A stretch of DNA of 37,456 bases from Bigelowiella natans CCMP2755 (taxonomy: Eukaryota; Protista; Cercozoa). The number at the start of each line of letters is the position of its first letter. Within the stretch, counting starts at the first letter, position 1. This document shows positions 35,759 to 37,456 of this stretch, in pieces. The DNA lies in NCBI GenBank assembly GCA_000320545.1, contig ADNK01003457.1, positions 1 through 37,456 on the forward strand, read 5' to 3'. Below the pieces are notes generated by a model. The model saw only the letters and a list, made by a program, of their open reading frames with translations. It was not told the DNA's origin and searched no databases. Both the position numbers and the translations under genes were made by a program.

Positions 35759-37364
35759 GTAAATATCGGCCTAGCTCTTACAACATCAGTACCTACTAAC
35801 ACTACTACTATTACGACGACGACGAGCGACGAAATACTGTTGGCATTTCTTCTAGGAGCAGATAAAGAGCTCTTTGCCACTGCCCTGCTTTTCCACAAGC
35901 GCTGATTGCCTTGGTAGACATCGAAGAAGAAGAAGAAGATGATGAAGATGAAGATGATGATGAAGAAGAAGAAACAATAGGTAAGCAGGAGAAAATCCCA
36001 AGAAGACACACACACACACACACACACATACACACACACACACGTGTATGCTTTGTTTAATAGATATTTTTATAACAATCAAAGATTCTCCACTACTACT
36101 ATTACTACTTCTACATCTACTTCAAGTAGCCCCTCCTCCTCCTCCTCCTCCTCCTCCTACTACTACTACTACTACTATTAGTAGTACCGTAGAGTAAGTT
36201 ATGGTGTCTGGAGTGAGGTCAGCAAGCCTGGCCTTTCGCACTAATTCAAGAGCTTTTCTCCACTATTTAGAGGGAGGGGGGAAAGGAAAAGGAGATTCGT
36301 AAGTGTAAGAATTAATATTAGCTATAATGGAATATCACATTTTCACACACAAAAGCACAAAAACACAGAAAGAGAGAGGAGGAGGGGGCAGGGGGGGGGT
36401 TGGTAATTCTTCTCTTCTTTCTCTCGATCATTCGTTATTACTACAACTACCACTACTACTACTACTACTACTGAACAACAAAAACAAGGATAACCCCCCC
36501 CCCACCTGCTTGGACTGCTCACATGCAGCAATAACAGCATTGTACGTGATGATGTTCGGCTTCAATCCATCTGTGATGATGATGATAGTGTGATTTTATA
36601 TATATTAAAGATGATCACTGAGGTAGTATAAAGGCAGGCAGAAGAAGCATTAAGGACTGCATTGTGGTTGTGGTTGTTGTTGTTTTATACAACAAAAATA
36701 TCCATAAAATTTTGTAGAGATAACGGCAATAATAATAATAATAATAATAATCATCATCATCACCATCATCGTCGTCATGCAGGAGGACTACCTTTCTCCT
36801 GCATCCTCTCTAAGAGAACAATGGACTGCCTCCATTTTTTCGCTGATGATGATGATGATGACGATGATGGTGGTGATGATGGTGGTGATGATGATGGTGA
36901 TGACGAACGATGCAAACCATTGCTCACAAGCACATCATATGTGAATGACTTTCTCCCCCCCCGCGCCCCCCTTTCTCCTCACACAATCTCTACACGTGCA
37001 TTACCGCCATTAACATCTTATTCGTCATTCTGACTGCTACATCGTCTATTCTCAATGATGCGTTTCCTTCTTCTCCTCTTCTTCTTCTTCTTCTTCTTCT
37101 TCTTCTTCTCTTCTACACCTCTCCTTCTACCTCTTGCACACGCCGTTATAGCAGCGCTATAGGTCACCACAGTCCGACCTACATCTGAGAGCATCACGTA
37201 TTCAAATCATACACATCAAACCGTGCAATATATAGGCAAAGCTGCTCTAATCAGCAGAAATCCGATACGATCGAATGATAAGATGGAGAAGCATTGTTGG
37301 TTGTGCTGCGTGAGGTCTATTTGACCGAACCTTCTTCTTCCATCATATCCAACACTTCCACAGC
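33325..37364 (-). CDS. Pentatricopeptide-repeat (P-class PPR) protein, multi-exon; 5' end outside window, 3' end uncertain
   Basis: Small exons give successive ~35-aa repeats: AVEVLDMMEEE-DVGRTVVTYSAAITACAR; WRQSIVLLERMQEK-DGLKPNIITYNAVIAACEQSKQ-WRKALELVRKARLADLTPDTITYST-AISACGKAGQWQRALYLLLEEMPT-MGVEADLMSYSSTINAVAQ-VGQWAKALTLYQDM. Acidic/Ser-rich exons follow (including ORF 33325..33873). Further 3' exons down to ~32900 are possible. Confidence 0.85.
35588..35664. repeat. (CAT/CAC)n microsatellite, intronic
   Basis: Visible mixed trinucleotide run; a similar one lies at 35048-35161. Confidence 0.9.
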
Positions 37365-37406
37365 CTACGGATGACAATGATACACATCAAATATAGATTG
37401 TATGTG

Positions 37407-37451
<45 letters not shown>

Positions 37452-37456
37452 ATCGA

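Noticed and set aside
117-37033. Dozens of short ORFs with poly-YI, poly-RE, poly-LS, poly-L, poly-H or poly-CV tracts
   Set aside because: They are translations of intronic microsatellites; the real coding sequence is in short spliced exons.

Overview
Eukaryotic nuclear DNA: gene-dense, intron-rich (canonical GT-AG), with introns full of microsatellites. A PsbP-family gene carrying signal peptide + transit peptide + lumen-targeting leader points to an alga with a secondary plastid, most consistent with a chlorarachniophyte (inference). Splicing by hand gave nine genes in strictly alternating orientation: nitroreductase-domain (-, runs off the left edge), OCIA-like small membrane protein (+), PsbP-domain protein (-), intronless arylsulfatase (+), RPL13A (-), GPN3 (+), a ~2650-aa USP9/24/34-like deubiquitinase with five Tudor/Agenet-like modules and peptidoglycan-binding-like repeats (-), a 256-aa hypothetical protein (+) and a PPR protein (-, runs off the right edge). 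One further small gene is a weak candidate. The strongest unexplained signal is architectural. All four tail-to-tail intergenic spacers share a distinctive composition (CTAG/GCTAGC/TGCA/CATG, purine-pyrimidine alternation) that is not seen in head-to-head spacers or introns. Each also has one related GC-rich core (CGCG..CGGC) near its midpoint, suggesting a dedicated convergent-gene terminator/boundary system. All assignments are by eye; no searches or counts were run.
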